Source: Gammaproteobacteria bacterium (GTDB lineage: Bacteria; Pseudomonadota; Gammaproteobacteria; HK1). Taken from it: 64,000 bases of DNA. The notes beneath the pieces are model-generated. The model searched no databases. It saw only the letters and a program-made list of their open reading frames with translations, and was not told the origin of the DNA. The DNA is taken from contig JAJFJV010000005.1 of the NCBI GenBank assembly GCA_021773635.1, forward strand, positions 7,645-71,644, written 5' to 3'. Made by a program: the position numbers and the translations under genes. Below, in pieces: positions 1 through 9,311 of the stretch. Within the stretch, counting starts at the first letter, position 1, and the number at the start of each line of letters is the position of its first letter.

Positions 1-186
1 GGCGGCGCCATTGCCGACCCACAGGCGTACTTCGGCCTCACTACGGGCAGGCAGTTCCAGCTTCTGCAACATGCGCTGCAGGCTGTAGGCGAGATCCGGT
101 ACGCTGTCCACGAGGGTGCCGTCCAAGTCGAACAGCACCAGTCCCGGGCGTTGGGGGATCTCACATCGAGCCGTCGCAGAGGTCAC
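1..186 (-). CDS. gph: HAD-superfamily phosphatase, probably phosphoglycolate phosphatase; 5' part only, continues past the window start
   Basis: The minus-strand frame from GTG at 186 reads VTSATARCEIPQRPGLVLFDLDGTLVDSVPDLAYSLQRMLQKLELPARSEAEVRLWVGNGAA, which contains HAD motif I (DLDGT). It begins 5 nt after the rpe stop, matching the common rpe-gph arrangement. It is truncated, so it is absent from the ORF track. Confidence 0.6.
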   Translation of the reverse strand, partial: MTSATARCEIPQRPGLVLFDLDGTLVDSVPDLAYSLQRMLQKLELPARSEAEVRLWVGNGAA

Positions 187-191
187 AGGAT

Positions 192-863
192 TCAGTTCAC
201 CGCAGCCAGTTTTACGCGCATCTGGTCGATGGTTGCCTTGTAGTCCGGGGTACCAAATACAGCCGAGCCGGCGACAAAGGTGTCTGCGCCTGCGGCGGCG
301 ATGTCGGCGATATTTTCCATGTTCACGCCACCGTCGATCTCAAGACGGATGTCCCGACCACTGGCATCGATAAGCTTCTTTGCCTGGCGCAGCTTATCCA
401 GTGCTGCGGGAATGAAGCTCTGGCCACCGAAGCCGGGGTTTACCGACATCAACAGAATCATGTCCACCTTGTCCATGACGTATTCGAGTGCGTCGAGCGG
501 GGTCGCCGGGTTAAACACCAGGCCGGATTTGCAGCCACCGTCCCGAATTAATTGCAGCGAGCGGTCCACATGCTCCGATGCCTCCGGATGAAATGTGATG
601 TAGGTGGCGCCGGCATCGATAAAATCACCGATAATGCGGTCCACCGGGCTGACCATCATATGCACGTCGATGGGGGCGGTGACACCGTGCTTGCGTAGCG
701 CTTCGCAGATCAACGGGCCGAAACTCAGGTTGGGGACATAGTGGTTATCCATCACGTCAAAGTGAACGATATCCGCACCGGCGGCCAGTACGTTGTCCAC
801 TTCCTCGCCCAGACGAGCGAAATCCGCCGATAGAATAGAAGGTGCGATACAATAATCAGCCAT
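192..863 (-). CDS. rpe: ribulose-phosphate 3-epimerase
   Basis: The 223-aa ORF is a full-length match to the Rpe pattern: [44 protein letters not shown]. Confidence 0.95.
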   Translation of the reverse strand: MADYCIAPSILSADFARLGEEVDNVLAAGADIVHFDVMDNHYVPNLSFGPLICEALRKHGVTAPIDVHMMVSPVDRIIGDFIDAGATYITFHPEASEHVDRSLQLIRDGGCKSGLVFNPATPLDALEYVMDKVDMILLMSVNPGFGGQSFIPAALDKLRQAKKLIDASGRDIRLEIDGGVNMENIADIAAAGADTFVAGSAVFGTPDYKATIDQMRVKLAAVN

Positions 864-1755
864 GCCTAAATCCCCACGTAAAAACCCAGCACTTTACCGG
901 AATTCAGGGTCGTTTTCAGTAGCCCAGGTGCAGGTCCGGCGCGCAATTTCCGTGCGTTCGGACAGGTCGAAATGGGGGGCAAAGCTTTTTACTTTCGGAT
1001 ACTTCCTGCTTCTGGCACTGGTGGGCTTGCAGCTGTCCTTTCCTGGTTTTGCTGCCGGGCTTTCCGAGACCCTGGCCCAGCAGCTCCGCAAAGGTGAAGC
1101 GGTCTGGCTGGAGGTAGCTGGGGCGCGGGTGCTTGCCATTCACGGGGCAGCGGAAAAGGGCCCCGTTCTGGGTGCGGCGATCCTGCTGCATGATGAAGGT
1201 GCTCATGCTGACTGGCCTCAGGTGATTCGCCCCTTGCGTGGCGCCCTGCCCGCACATGGCTGGCAGACTCTCGCGCTGGAGCTACCGCCTTTTGTCAGCG
1301 GTGGGGACGTTGCGGCCAAGACCGCTTTTGCGCACATCGATGCAGGTTTTAGCTGGCTGCGGAAGAAGGGTGGAGAGAATGTGGTGCTCATCGGCCATGG
1401 CCGGGGGGCGGCGCTGGCCGCCGATTATCTGTTATCCAAAAAACCGAAGGGTATTAGCGGCCTGGTTTTGTTGAGTCCGTTGTTTGAGGGCTCTTCCGCG
1501 GAGCAAAGGCGCAAGCTGGCCAAGCTTTCGGTGCCGGTGCTGGAGGTTATCGCGAGTCGGGATTATCCACTTGTCCGGCGTTTTGCCCAAACACCGCGGC
1601 CGCTCCCGGAGGGTAAAACTGCCATCCCTTACCGGCAGATTGAGATTGAGGGGGCCAGCCATGACTATCGCAGTCATGAGGCGGCATTACTGAAACATCT
1701 GCGCGGATGGTTAAAGCGCTTCGCAACCGGGAAGGAGCCATCTTCCGGCGCTTAA
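862..1755 (+). CDS. secreted alpha/beta-hydrolase-fold protein of unknown function (DUF3530-like)
   Basis: It has a signal-peptide-like segment ([26 protein letters not shown]), then LLHDEG...[18 protein letters not shown] and a C-terminal EGASHDY. The start is uncertain; in-frame GTGs at 928 and 952 give a more typical signal peptide. Confidence 0.6.
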   Translation: MPKSPRKNPALYRNSGSFSVAQVQVRRAISVRSDRSKWGAKLFTFGYFLLLALVGLQLSFPGFAAGLSETLAQQLRKGEAVWLEVAGARVLAIHGAAEKGPVLGAAILLHDEGAHADWPQVIRPLRGALPAHGWQTLALELPPFVSGGDVAAKTAFAHIDAGFSWLRKKGGENVVLIGHGRGAALAADYLLSKKPKGISGLVLLSPLFEGSSAEQRRKLAKLSVPVLEVIASRDYPLVRRFAQTPRPLPEGKTAIPYRQIEIEGASHDYRSHEAALLKHLRGWLKRFATGKEPSSGA

Positions 1756-2549
1756 GCGCCACGCGCCTCTCGAATGCGTTCATAGGCGGCGCGGATTTCC
1801 TGGGTTTTTTCCGTCGCTATCTTCATCATCTCTTCTGGCAGCCCTTTTGCCACCAGTTTGTCCGGGTGATGGCGACTCATCAGGCGGCGGTAGGCGCGCT
1901 TGACTTCGGCATCGCTGGCTTTGGACGATACGTTGAGAATGTCGTAGGCATCTTGCAGGGAGAGCTTCCCGGCAGCCGAGGCATCTGCTCCCCCTCCTCC
2001 CATGCGCTGGCCGGCACGGACCAGGGCCTCCAGACCCCGGAATTCAAAGCTGGAGATTCGTAGTACGCTGCAGATATGTTCCAGAATGCGCCGCTCGGCA
2101 GGATGCACCACGCCATCGGCGTAGGCCGAGTGGAGCTGGATTTCCACGAACATGCGCACCAGATTTTTGCGTCGATGACATTCACGGCGAAACTGCTCCA
2201 GTACTTCATCCAGCGGAAACTCTGTGCTCTTGCCTTCGGAGAAGAGTCGTTCCGCCGCATGCCGAAGTTCGGCACTCAGTTGCATTCGGCCCATGACCGA
2301 GCGCGCGAGCTCGAGCTCGTCCCGGGTGACCTTGCCGTCCGCCTTGGCAAGATGTCCCATAACCGAGAAGGTGGCGGTGAAGAAGGCGGCCTGGGTACGC
2401 TCCTGATCACCGGGGGAGCTGCGACCCGCTTCCATACCACGAAGCCCTGAATCGAATTGATGTCCTACGGAGGCGCCAATCAGTGCACCCAGGGGCCCCC
2501 CCAGCATGAAACCAAAGGTCCCGCCTATTGCTTTTCCCCACCAGCCCAT
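1752..2549 (-). CDS. djlA: co-chaperone DjlA (TM, TerB-like domain, C-terminal J domain)
   Basis: The N-terminus MGWWGKAIGGTFGFMLGGPLGALIG is followed by a C-terminal J domain (DAYDILNVSSKASDAEVKRAYRRLMSRHHPDKL). I chose the ATG at 2549, which has an upstream GGAGAG; the ORF track extends to 2615. Confidence 0.88.
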   Translation of the reverse strand: MGWWGKAIGGTFGFMLGGPLGALIGASVGHQFDSGLRGMEAGRSSPGDQERTQAAFFTATFSVMGHLAKADGKVTRDELELARSVMGRMQLSAELRHAAERLFSEGKSTEFPLDEVLEQFRRECHRRKNLVRMFVEIQLHSAYADGVVHPAERRILEHICSVLRISSFEFRGLEALVRAGQRMGGGGADASAAGKLSLQDAYDILNVSSKASDAEVKRAYRRLMSRHHPDKLVAKGLPEEMMKIATEKTQEIRAAYERIREARGA

Positions 2550-2660
2550 CGCTACACTCTCCGCTCTATACTCAGGTTGGGGCCGATTATCCCCGCTTTC
2601 CACGGAACACCACAAACGCGAAAATGTCGAAGCCGTATAACATGCTGTCGGAGGTTGCCC

Positions 2661-3224
2661 ATGTCCGGATTCCGAATTCCCCTATACGCAGCACTATTGC
2701 TGCTGTTGGCAGCTTGTACTGCCAATACGGCACTGGTCAGGCCCTGCTGTTATCAGGGAGAGGTGGTACTTAGCCATCTGGAAAATATCGAATTCTCCAT
2801 GGAAGGTGGGGGAACCCGGGATTTTCGGGAAATATTCCGTGGTTTCCAGTCGGATGACCGCAATGTGCTCAAAGTCCTTCCCTTTGAGGAGGCCGCCTTT
2901 TCCGATGTGATCTATGATACTGCCGACCGCATCATGCGGGCCTATGATGCCAATGAGGACGGTCGCATCGAGGAACCCGAGCTAACCGTACTTTTCCTGG
3001 TGGAAATAGCCCGTGGGCTCGGTTTTCGGGTGGTGGAGATTGCTCGTCCACGAGCCCGGGCGCTTACAACTTCACCCGCTGAGATCAGCGGCTTGCTCAA
3101 TTTTATCAGTCGCAACCAGGCCCGAATGAATGCGACGGCACGCCAGCTTTTTCAGGAGCTTGAATGGGTCGGTCAGGACGTGCGCGAATCGGAGGGAGGG
3201 GGGACCCGGAAAAGCAAGATTTAA
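2661..3224 (+). CDS. lipoprotein with a single canonical EF-hand Ca2+-binding loop
   Basis: The ATG at 2661 gives MSGFRIPLYAALLLLLAAC with a lipobox (LAAC). The loop DANEDGRIEEPE fits the 12-residue EF-hand pattern DxNxDGxIxxxE. The upstream 68 codons of the track ORF overlap djlA and look non-coding. Confidence 0.6.
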   Translation: MSGFRIPLYAALLLLLAACTANTALVRPCCYQGEVVLSHLENIEFSMEGGGTRDFREIFRGFQSDDRNVLKVLPFEEAAFSDVIYDTADRIMRAYDANEDGRIEEPELTVLFLVEIARGLGFRVVEIARPRARALTTSPAEISGLLNFISRNQARMNATARQLFQELEWVGQDVRESEGGGTRKSKI

Positions 3225-3350
3225 GCACGCTGCTCACTGAAAAAGTCTATTTCATCTCGCTACTTATACACATCGCGCTTGTCTACCGTCGGTATTTTGA
3301 CGGATATCTGGCGAGCCCTGAACAAGAACCAATCCCATTCTCTAAATGCA

Positions 3351-3359
3351 TGATATAAT
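3351..3359 (+). promoter_or_regulatory. candidate extended -10 promoter element (TGATATAAT)
   Basis: It is a perfect TGnTATAAT match inside a 358-bp AT-rich intergenic region, about 225 nt upstream of the TPR-sulfotransferase ATG. No good -35 element is present. Confidence 0.3.
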
Positions 3360-3442
3360 TGAAAAAAATATTTTTGGTGGTTTTTTGTCTAGAGCCCTGA
3401 TGGGCTAATAACCCCGCTGCTTTCAGGCCCTTACCACCAAAC

Positions 3443-3477
3443 TGTGCACAAAGTTTTCCACAGCTCTTGTGTACAAA
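3443..3477 (+). promoter_or_regulatory. pair of related decamers TGTGCACAAA / TGTGTACAAA, 25 bp apart start to start
   Basis: Seen at 3443-3452 and 3468-3477. Each contains a short palindrome (TGTGCACA / TGTACA). They lie between the candidate -10 and the sulfotransferase start. Confidence 0.25.
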
Positions 3478-3582
3478 ATATTTTCTCTAAAAAATAACAA
3501 TGGCTTAGCCGGCTTTATTGGGAATGGCCGTGAATAATTGTCTCTAAACCAGGCCCCGTTCCCCGGACCAACGGTAGACCCC

Positions 3583-5718
3583 ATGAAACGCAAATCAGCT
3601 CGTCGTAAGACCGGCAATAAAAAACCTTCCAGCTTTTCTCCAGGGAAGCTGGACGAGTTGTACTCAATGGCGGTAGGGGCGTATCAGGCGGGCAAGGCTA
3701 CGCGCGCCCAGCGCTTCTTCAAAAAAGTGATCAAGGCTAATCCGGAGCACGTCCCGAGTCTCCAGTATATGGGGTTGCTTACGCAGCAAGCGGGACTATT
3801 GGGACAGGCGGTGGCTTATTTCAGGCGGGCTTTATCGGTCAATTCCAATGACCCGGTTGCCTGGAACAATCTGGGTAATCTGCACCGTGAAAGTGATGAG
3901 CCCGCAAAGGCCATCGATTGTTATAGAGCGGCTCTGGAGCTTGAGCCAAGCTATGCCAATGCGTGTTTTAATCTTGGTATTTGTCTGCGTCGGACCAACG
4001 ACATTAAGGGTGCGATTGATACCTTTGAGCAGCTGACCTCATTGAGCCCGGAAGACGGAGAAGCCTGGGTGGAATTGGGGGCCTGTCAGTTGTTGGGTGA
4101 TTTGGAAACGGCGGCGGACGGGAGCTTCAGGCGGGCGATAGAGAGACAACCGACCCCGCAGCTGTGGTTTCGGATAGCGGAGGCCTGGGCACACAAAAAA
4201 AATTCTGGCAATGCCCTTGAAGCGGTTAAACATGCGCTCGCTTTGGGAAAGGCAGACCCCGAACTTTGTTTTGAGATAGGTAATCTGTGCGTAGAGTTGG
4301 GGGATCGGGAGGGGGCGGTGCCCGCTTTTCAGGCGGTGTTGGCCAGCCTGCCCGAGCATCCGGTAGCCTTGCAAAATCTGGCCTCTTCCCTGGTCGAGTT
4401 ACGCCAGACCAGAGCGGCGATAGAGGTATGGCAAAAGCTTGTCGGCCTTCAACCTAAAAACCTCGATGCCCATATGGGGTTGGGGCTGGCACTGGACCTG
4501 AATGGCCAACCCGAAAAAGCAGTGCATGCCTATGAAGATGCTATCGGTATCGCTCCCGGGCATGCGCTCGCATACTGCTGGCTCGGCAATGCGTGTCAGC
4601 AGATTGGCGATTTTGAACAGGCGCACGCGAATTTTCATCAGGCCTTGAAGCTGGATCCCGGTCTTGCAGAGGCGGGTTTTGGGCTCGCATACAGTCAGCG
4701 TTTTGGTCTGGGATCCGGGGATGATTTAAATCAGCTTGAAAAGCTGGCCCGAAACCCGGAACTCACGGAGCGAGACCAGACACACATGCAATACGCACTC
4801 GGAAAGGTGTATGACGATAACGAAAATTATGCCGAGGCCTTTGTCCATTATCAGGATGCCAATCGTCTGCAGGCGCGTAGTGTCAATTACGATGTGACTG
4901 AAAATCATGAGTGGGTTTCAAGGGTTATCGAATGTTTTGATGAAGCGTTCTTCGCCGAGCGCGCGGACTGGGGGCATGCGAGTGCGTTGCCGGTACTTAT
5001 CATCGGCATGCCACGTTCCGGGACCAGCCTGGTAGAGCAAATCCTGGCCAGCCATCCGACGGTATATGGTGGTGGGGAAATGGCCGTCCTGGGAGAGGCC
5101 GCCAAAGAGCTTGCCGGCCCGCGCGGGCTGTTTGAAGGCTATCATCGGGGTGTCCTGGCCCTCGATAAACCGGCCACCCGGCGTTTGGCAGAGCGTTACC
5201 TGGAAGCGATGAAGAAATTTTCCGGCGGTAAAGCCCACCTTATCGACAAGTTGCCGGCAAATTTTCTCTATGCGGGCCTTGCTGCCTTGCTGGTGCCGGG
5301 GCTCAAGGTCATTCACTGCCGGCGTCATCCTCTGGATGTGTGCCTCTCCATCTACTTTCAGGCCTTTGGCTTCGGTAATGACTATGCCTGTGATTTATCC
5401 CATATAGCGGCTTACTATCGTGACTATGACCGTCTCATGAAACACTGGCACAGGGTATTGCCGGGGGGATTGATTGAGGTGGCATATGAGGATCTGGTAA
5501 CCAGTCCAGAGCCCGAAAGTCGACGGTTAGTCAGCGCCTGCGGCCTGCCCTGGGATGATCGTTGCCTGCGCTATTACGAGACCCGGCGATCCGTGCAAAC
5601 CGCCAGCAAGTGGCAGGTACGCCAGCCAATTTATACTCGCGCCATGGGACGCTGGAAAAATTACGAGGGCTTTCTGGATGAGCTCAAGAATGAACTGGGC
5701 GAGTTGTTAACCACGTAA
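3583..5718 (+). CDS. TPR-repeat protein fused to a C-terminal PAPS-type sulfotransferase domain
   Basis: The N-terminal roughly 400 aa are repeated TPR-like units (e.g. AWNNLGNLHRESDEPAKAIDCYRAALELEP). The C-terminal domain carries the sulfotransferase 5'-PSB loop (VLIIGMPRSGTSLVEQIL) and RHPLDV. The ATG at 3583 is preferred over the TTG at 3538. Confidence 0.8.
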   Translation: MKRKSARRKTGNKKPSSFSPGKLDELYSMAVGAYQAGKATRAQRFFKKVIKANPEHVPSLQYMGLLTQQAGLLGQAVAYFRRALSVNSNDPVAWNNLGNLHRESDEPAKAIDCYRAALELEPSYANACFNLGICLRRTNDIKGAIDTFEQLTSLSPEDGEAWVELGACQLLGDLETAADGSFRRAIERQPTPQLWFRIAEAWAHKKNSGNALEAVKHALALGKADPELCFEIGNLCVELGDREGAVPAFQAVLASLPEHPVALQNLASSLVELRQTRAAIEVWQKLVGLQPKNLDAHMGLGLALDLNGQPEKAVHAYEDAIGIAPGHALAYCWLGNACQQIGDFEQAHANFHQALKLDPGLAEAGFGLAYSQRFGLGSGDDLNQLEKLARNPELTERDQTHMQYALGKVYDDNENYAEAFVHYQDANRLQARSVNYDVTENHEWVSRVIECFDEAFFAERADWGHASALPVLIIGMPRSGTSLVEQILASHPTVYGGGEMAVLGEAAKELAGPRGLFEGYHRGVLALDKPATRRLAERYLEAMKKFSGGKAHLIDKLPANFLYAGLAALLVPGLKVIHCRRHPLDVCLSIYFQAFGFGNDYACDLSHIAAYYRDYDRLMKHWHRVLPGGLIEVAYEDLVTSPEPESRRLVSACGLPWDDRCLRYYETRRSVQTASKWQVRQPIYTRAMGRWKNYEGFLDELKNELGELLTT

Positions 5719-5804
5719 CTCCGGATACGCAGTATCAGAGTGACTGCGCTGGCAGTCTCGTGGGACATATTCGTTCACCCAAAACCCAATAAACGGAAGT
5801 TATC

Positions 5805-7814
5805 GTGGCAAAGAAAACCGCACGCCAACACCGCACGCTTCTGAGAAAGCGCCTGAATGCCGACCTGAAGGCAGCCAAAGCCAGCCTGGATGCCCGGCAG
5901 TTTGGTGTAGCTGCCAGCTTGGTGGAGGGGGTGCTGACACAGTCGCCCAATTTTTCCCCTGCTCACCAGTTGGCGGCAACCCTCGCTTTTTGCCACGGAA
6001 ATTTTGAACTGGCCCGCTCTCATCTTGAAGTTGCGGTTAAAAACGATAAGAAAAATGGTACCTACCTGTTTGACCTTGCCCTGATATATGCGCGTCTCGG
6101 AATGACCGGGGAAGAAATAGCCGCGTATCGAAAAATAATTCGTCTCCAGCCTCGTTCCGCTATCGCCTACGCGAACCTTGGTTTTATTTACCGGCGACGA
6201 GGTGATTTTGACAGCGCCCTGCTTGCATTCGGCAGGGCCGTTGAAATTGATCCGGGGCACGTAGGCGCCCAAACCGGATGGATCCACCTGTTGGGCCGGA
6301 TACGAACTGAAAATTTTGCGCCCAACATTGCAGAGGCGCTGGTGAAGGCCTTCGAGTCGCCCTATGCCCACCATCCCAGCCTGGCGCCAGCCACCGCTTC
6401 CATGTTGAATCTTAAATGTGGATTTGCCCAATATGATCCTGAGAAGGACGGATTGATCGAAGCGGATGATCCCTTGCTTGTGAGCTACCTTACCAAGTGC
6501 GTCAACATTGAGCTGGGACTGGAGGCCGGACTTACCCGTCTCCGTGAATTTCTGTTATTGAGTGACGACCCTGCTCAGCAGTCGTGTCGGCAGAAATTGG
6601 CTGCATTGCTGGCGAGACAGGGTTTTATCAATGAGTTTGTATTTCACGCCACGCAAGAGGAGCGCGCGCGGATCTCAAGTCTTCGGAAGGAGCTCGAAGA
6701 CATGCTCTCCGTCCGGGATATATCAATTAATGCGATGGAGGACGGCCTGCTTCGCTTCGCCATGTATGAGTCTTTTAATCGCTTGAAGGGCGGAGGCAGG
6801 CTGGCTGAGTTAAGTAATGATGCCCTGGGTCCGAATCTGATTGATCTGGTGAGCTTGACGCTTCGTGATGGGCTTGAGGAGCAGGCGATTCGGGCATCAA
6901 TGCCCGCCTTAAAACCCATTACGGATACTACCTCCCGGGCCGTGCAGGCACTGTATGAGGAGAATCCCTGTCCCCGCTGGTTACACTTGCCCCATCGCAT
7001 GCCGCGACGGCCGGCTGCCTGGTTGCGCGAGATGTTCCCCGGTTTTAGCCCGCCGCCCTTTCTTCGGGAGGACCTGAAGTTGCTTATTGCCGGTTGTGGA
7101 ACCGGGCAACAGGCTATCTCCGTGGCGCTCGAATTTCCCCAGGCCAATATTACGGCTATCGACATTTCCCGCTCCTCACTCGCGTACGCCGCCCGAATGG
7201 CTAATAAGCTGGATATCGGGAACATTCATTTTCTGCATACGGACATCCTGGATGCGGGTTTGCTCGACGAGACTTTTGACATGATCCAGTCGGTAGGAGT
7301 GTTGCACCATATGCGTACACCCCTGGACGGTTGGCGGGTGCTGACCGGATTACTGCGGGAGGGCGGGGTCTTTAAGGCCGGGCTCTATGCGGAGCGTGGG
7401 CGCCAGGGCGTGGTGAAGTGCCGGGAGATGATTGCACAGGAAGGAATCGGCTCCAGCCACAAGGAGATCACGGATTTTCGTCACCGCCTGATGGGTGAAT
7501 CAGTCGATCGAAAGTTATTCAGCTTCATGGAGCGGGTGGATTTCTTTACCACCAGTATGTGTCGCGATCTGCTTTTTCACGTGCAGGAGATTCGCTATAC
7601 ACCCAAGCAACTCAAGGATGAACTGGATGCGGTCGGGCTCAGATTTATCGGTTTCGAGGGGCTGGAGGAGGAAATAGAGATGGTGGCCGCCTATCGAAAG
7701 GCCTTTCCCCATGACCCGCATATGAGCAATCTCGATAACTGGGAACTACTGGAGGCTGGTCAGGAGGACCCACCAGAAGGCTATATGTTCTGGTGCCAAA
7801 AGCCCGAGGGATAG
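5805..7814 (+). CDS. TPR-repeat protein fused to a C-terminal class I SAM-dependent methyltransferase domain
   Basis: TPR units in the N-terminal third (AYANLGFIYRRRGDFDSALLAFGRAVEIDP). SAM motif I is LLIAGCGTGQQAISVA, followed by AIDIS and VGVLHHM. It has a GTG start, 86 bp after the sulfotransferase gene. Confidence 0.8.
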   Translation: MAKKTARQHRTLLRKRLNADLKAAKASLDARQFGVAASLVEGVLTQSPNFSPAHQLAATLAFCHGNFELARSHLEVAVKNDKKNGTYLFDLALIYARLGMTGEEIAAYRKIIRLQPRSAIAYANLGFIYRRRGDFDSALLAFGRAVEIDPGHVGAQTGWIHLLGRIRTENFAPNIAEALVKAFESPYAHHPSLAPATASMLNLKCGFAQYDPEKDGLIEADDPLLVSYLTKCVNIELGLEAGLTRLREFLLLSDDPAQQSCRQKLAALLARQGFINEFVFHATQEERARISSLRKELEDMLSVRDISINAMEDGLLRFAMYESFNRLKGGGRLAELSNDALGPNLIDLVSLTLRDGLEEQAIRASMPALKPITDTTSRAVQALYEENPCPRWLHLPHRMPRRPAAWLREMFPGFSPPPFLREDLKLLIAGCGTGQQAISVALEFPQANITAIDISRSSLAYAARMANKLDIGNIHFLHTDILDAGLLDETFDMIQSVGVLHHMRTPLDGWRVLTGLLREGGVFKAGLYAERGRQGVVKCREMIAQEGIGSSHKEITDFRHRLMGESVDRKLFSFMERVDFFTTSMCRDLLFHVQEIRYTPKQLKDELDAVGLRFIGFEGLEEEIEMVAAYRKAFPHDPHMSNLDNWELLEAGQEDPPEGYMFWCQKPEG

Positions 7815-7846
7815 CATAGTGCAATTTGGTGCTATCTCCGGCGCAT

Positions 7847-7884
7847 AAAAAAAGCCGCTGCCCTTGTGGGGCAGCGGCTTTTTT
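7847..7884. terminator. bidirectional rho-independent terminator
   Basis: AAAAAAA-GCCGCTGCCC-ttgtg-GGGCAGCGGC-TTTTTT. It has a 10-bp GC stem with an A-run on one side and a T-run on the other. It sits between the convergent methyltransferase and porin genes. Confidence 0.85.
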
Positions 7885-7905
7885 AAGAACAGGTTCTAAG
7901 TTTGC

Positions 7906-8961
7906 TTAGAACTTGATCCGGGAACCGACCATGACGACGTCGATTTCGTCAATGCCAGCGGTACCGGCACCACTGAGCTCCCAGTTACGATACAGGGCAT
8001 ACAGCTCAACCTTGGGCTTTTTCAGCTTGTGCACCCAGGCCAAGCTGATGACCTCGGAATCACGACCAACTGCGGCCACGTCGGAGGCCTCGGAGTAGCT
8101 GATGGAGACCGAGTTCATGCCGAACTTGTGGCCCAGCTTGATGCCATAGACGTCCGGGTCACGGGAGCCGACACCATCGTTATCCTGCTCGGCCCAATGG
8201 GCGGTGATGCTGGTGCCCTGGGAAAAGAGGAAAGAGGCAGACAGACCCGTGGTATCGCGGGTGGGCTGGCTGGTGTAGGCAGCGCCAGCTGCGAACTTGC
8301 CACCACCGAAGGAGGTCTTCACATGCAGAGCGGCATCCCAGAAGTCAGCACCACCAGATACACTAACGTTGGCGGCTCCACCCAGCTTGGGTGAGTCATA
8401 GCGAATCAGATCGCGACGGCTAAGGCCATCGAAGTTGTTGTAGTTGGCTTCGATGTCACTTACCGGGGTGGCGCCAGTGCTGGTGCGATAGGCGATGTCA
8501 CCCGCGACGGCCTGACGACTGCCATAGTCAGCAAGGCTGGTGCCGGAGAGGTCTTTTTCCACGGCGCCATCAGCGGCGACCTGGTATTGACCCAGCAGGA
8601 CCCGGCCGAAGCCGCCCTTGAAGTATACGGCTGCGCGACGTTCAAAGAACGGGACACCAGCGGTGGAATCAGAGACGTCGCCAGTTGCTTTCATCTTGAC
8701 GTCATTAGACGGGTTGGACTGCTGCTGGACTTCCCAGATGAGACCGGCGGTGACGCCGTTACCCAAGTCCTCGCTACCGGAAAAGCGGAAGCGGGTGGAG
8801 GAATTGTCGTTATCAACAATATGGGTCTGGGAGAAGGTGCCGTCGTCAGACATCATCAGTGCCTTGTTGACTTGGCCGGAGACCTTGACCTTGACGGCGT
8901 GGGCCGCCATCGGTGCAGTCAGGGCGGTGGCGATTGCGATCGCTAGTGCCTTTTTCTTCAT
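7906..8961 (-). CDS. outer-membrane general porin (Gram-negative porin family)
   Basis: It has the signal peptide MKKKALAIAIATALTAPMAAHA, an alternating beta-strand pattern, Gly/Ser/Asp-rich loops and the C-terminal GSRIKF typical of OM beta-barrels. Confidence 0.8.
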   Translation of the reverse strand: MKKKALAIAIATALTAPMAAHAVKVKVSGQVNKALMMSDDGTFSQTHIVDNDNSSTRFRFSGSEDLGNGVTAGLIWEVQQQSNPSNDVKMKATGDVSDSTAGVPFFERRAAVYFKGGFGRVLLGQYQVAADGAVEKDLSGTSLADYGSRQAVAGDIAYRTSTGATPVSDIEANYNNFDGLSRRDLIRYDSPKLGGAANVSVSGGADFWDAALHVKTSFGGGKFAAGAAYTSQPTRDTTGLSASFLFSQGTSITAHWAEQDNDGVGSRDPDVYGIKLGHKFGMNSVSISYSEASDVAAVGRDSEVISLAWVHKLKKPKVELYALYRNWELSGAGTAGIDEIDVVMVGSRIKF

Positions 8962-9181
8962 TAGAAACTACCTCTGTAAATTTATGTTGTTGTCATCCGC
9001 TTACAGGCGGAGGTGCTTCGCGAAGCCTCTCCGAAGAGAAACTGTGGCGAGTATGGCAGAACTTATGCGGGGTTTGCAACGTTTTGTGCGAAAAAAACCA
9101 CAGGACGTGCGAAGTGTTGCGTTATTGCAACAGGGGGCCAGGTTCAAGACGGACAGGCAAAGGGCCTGTGATTTTGACAGG

Positions 9182-9217
9182 AAAAAAAAGCGCCGACCAA
9201 TCGATCGGCGCTTTTTT
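9182..9217 (-). terminator. rho-independent terminator downstream of ompW (palindromic, flanked by A8 and T6)
   Basis: On the minus strand, GCGCCGA...TCGGCGC is followed by T8. It lies about 95 nt after the ompW stop and before the porin promoter region. Confidence 0.8.
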
Positions 9218-9311
9218 CCACAAAAACATGTGGTTAGAGCGATTAAGGTGGTTGGTAGTAGCGTCCGAAACGGCGGCTGCTACGCGATACCTTAAGTTAT
9301 AAGCGTTTTGC

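Noticed and set aside
3346-3408. A 20-codon ORF (MHDIIEKNIFGGFLSRALMG) in the AT-rich leader was considered as a possible RaxX-like peptide substrate for the sulfotransferase.
   Set aside because: It has no ribosome-binding site. It overlaps the putative -10 element. It has no Tyr or acidic sulfation context, and no processing or export genes are nearby.
5742-5757. The hairpin GACTGC-gctg-GCAGTC between the two TPR-enzyme genes was considered as a terminator.
   Set aside because: The stem is only 6 bp with no U-tract. The genes are more likely co-transcribed.
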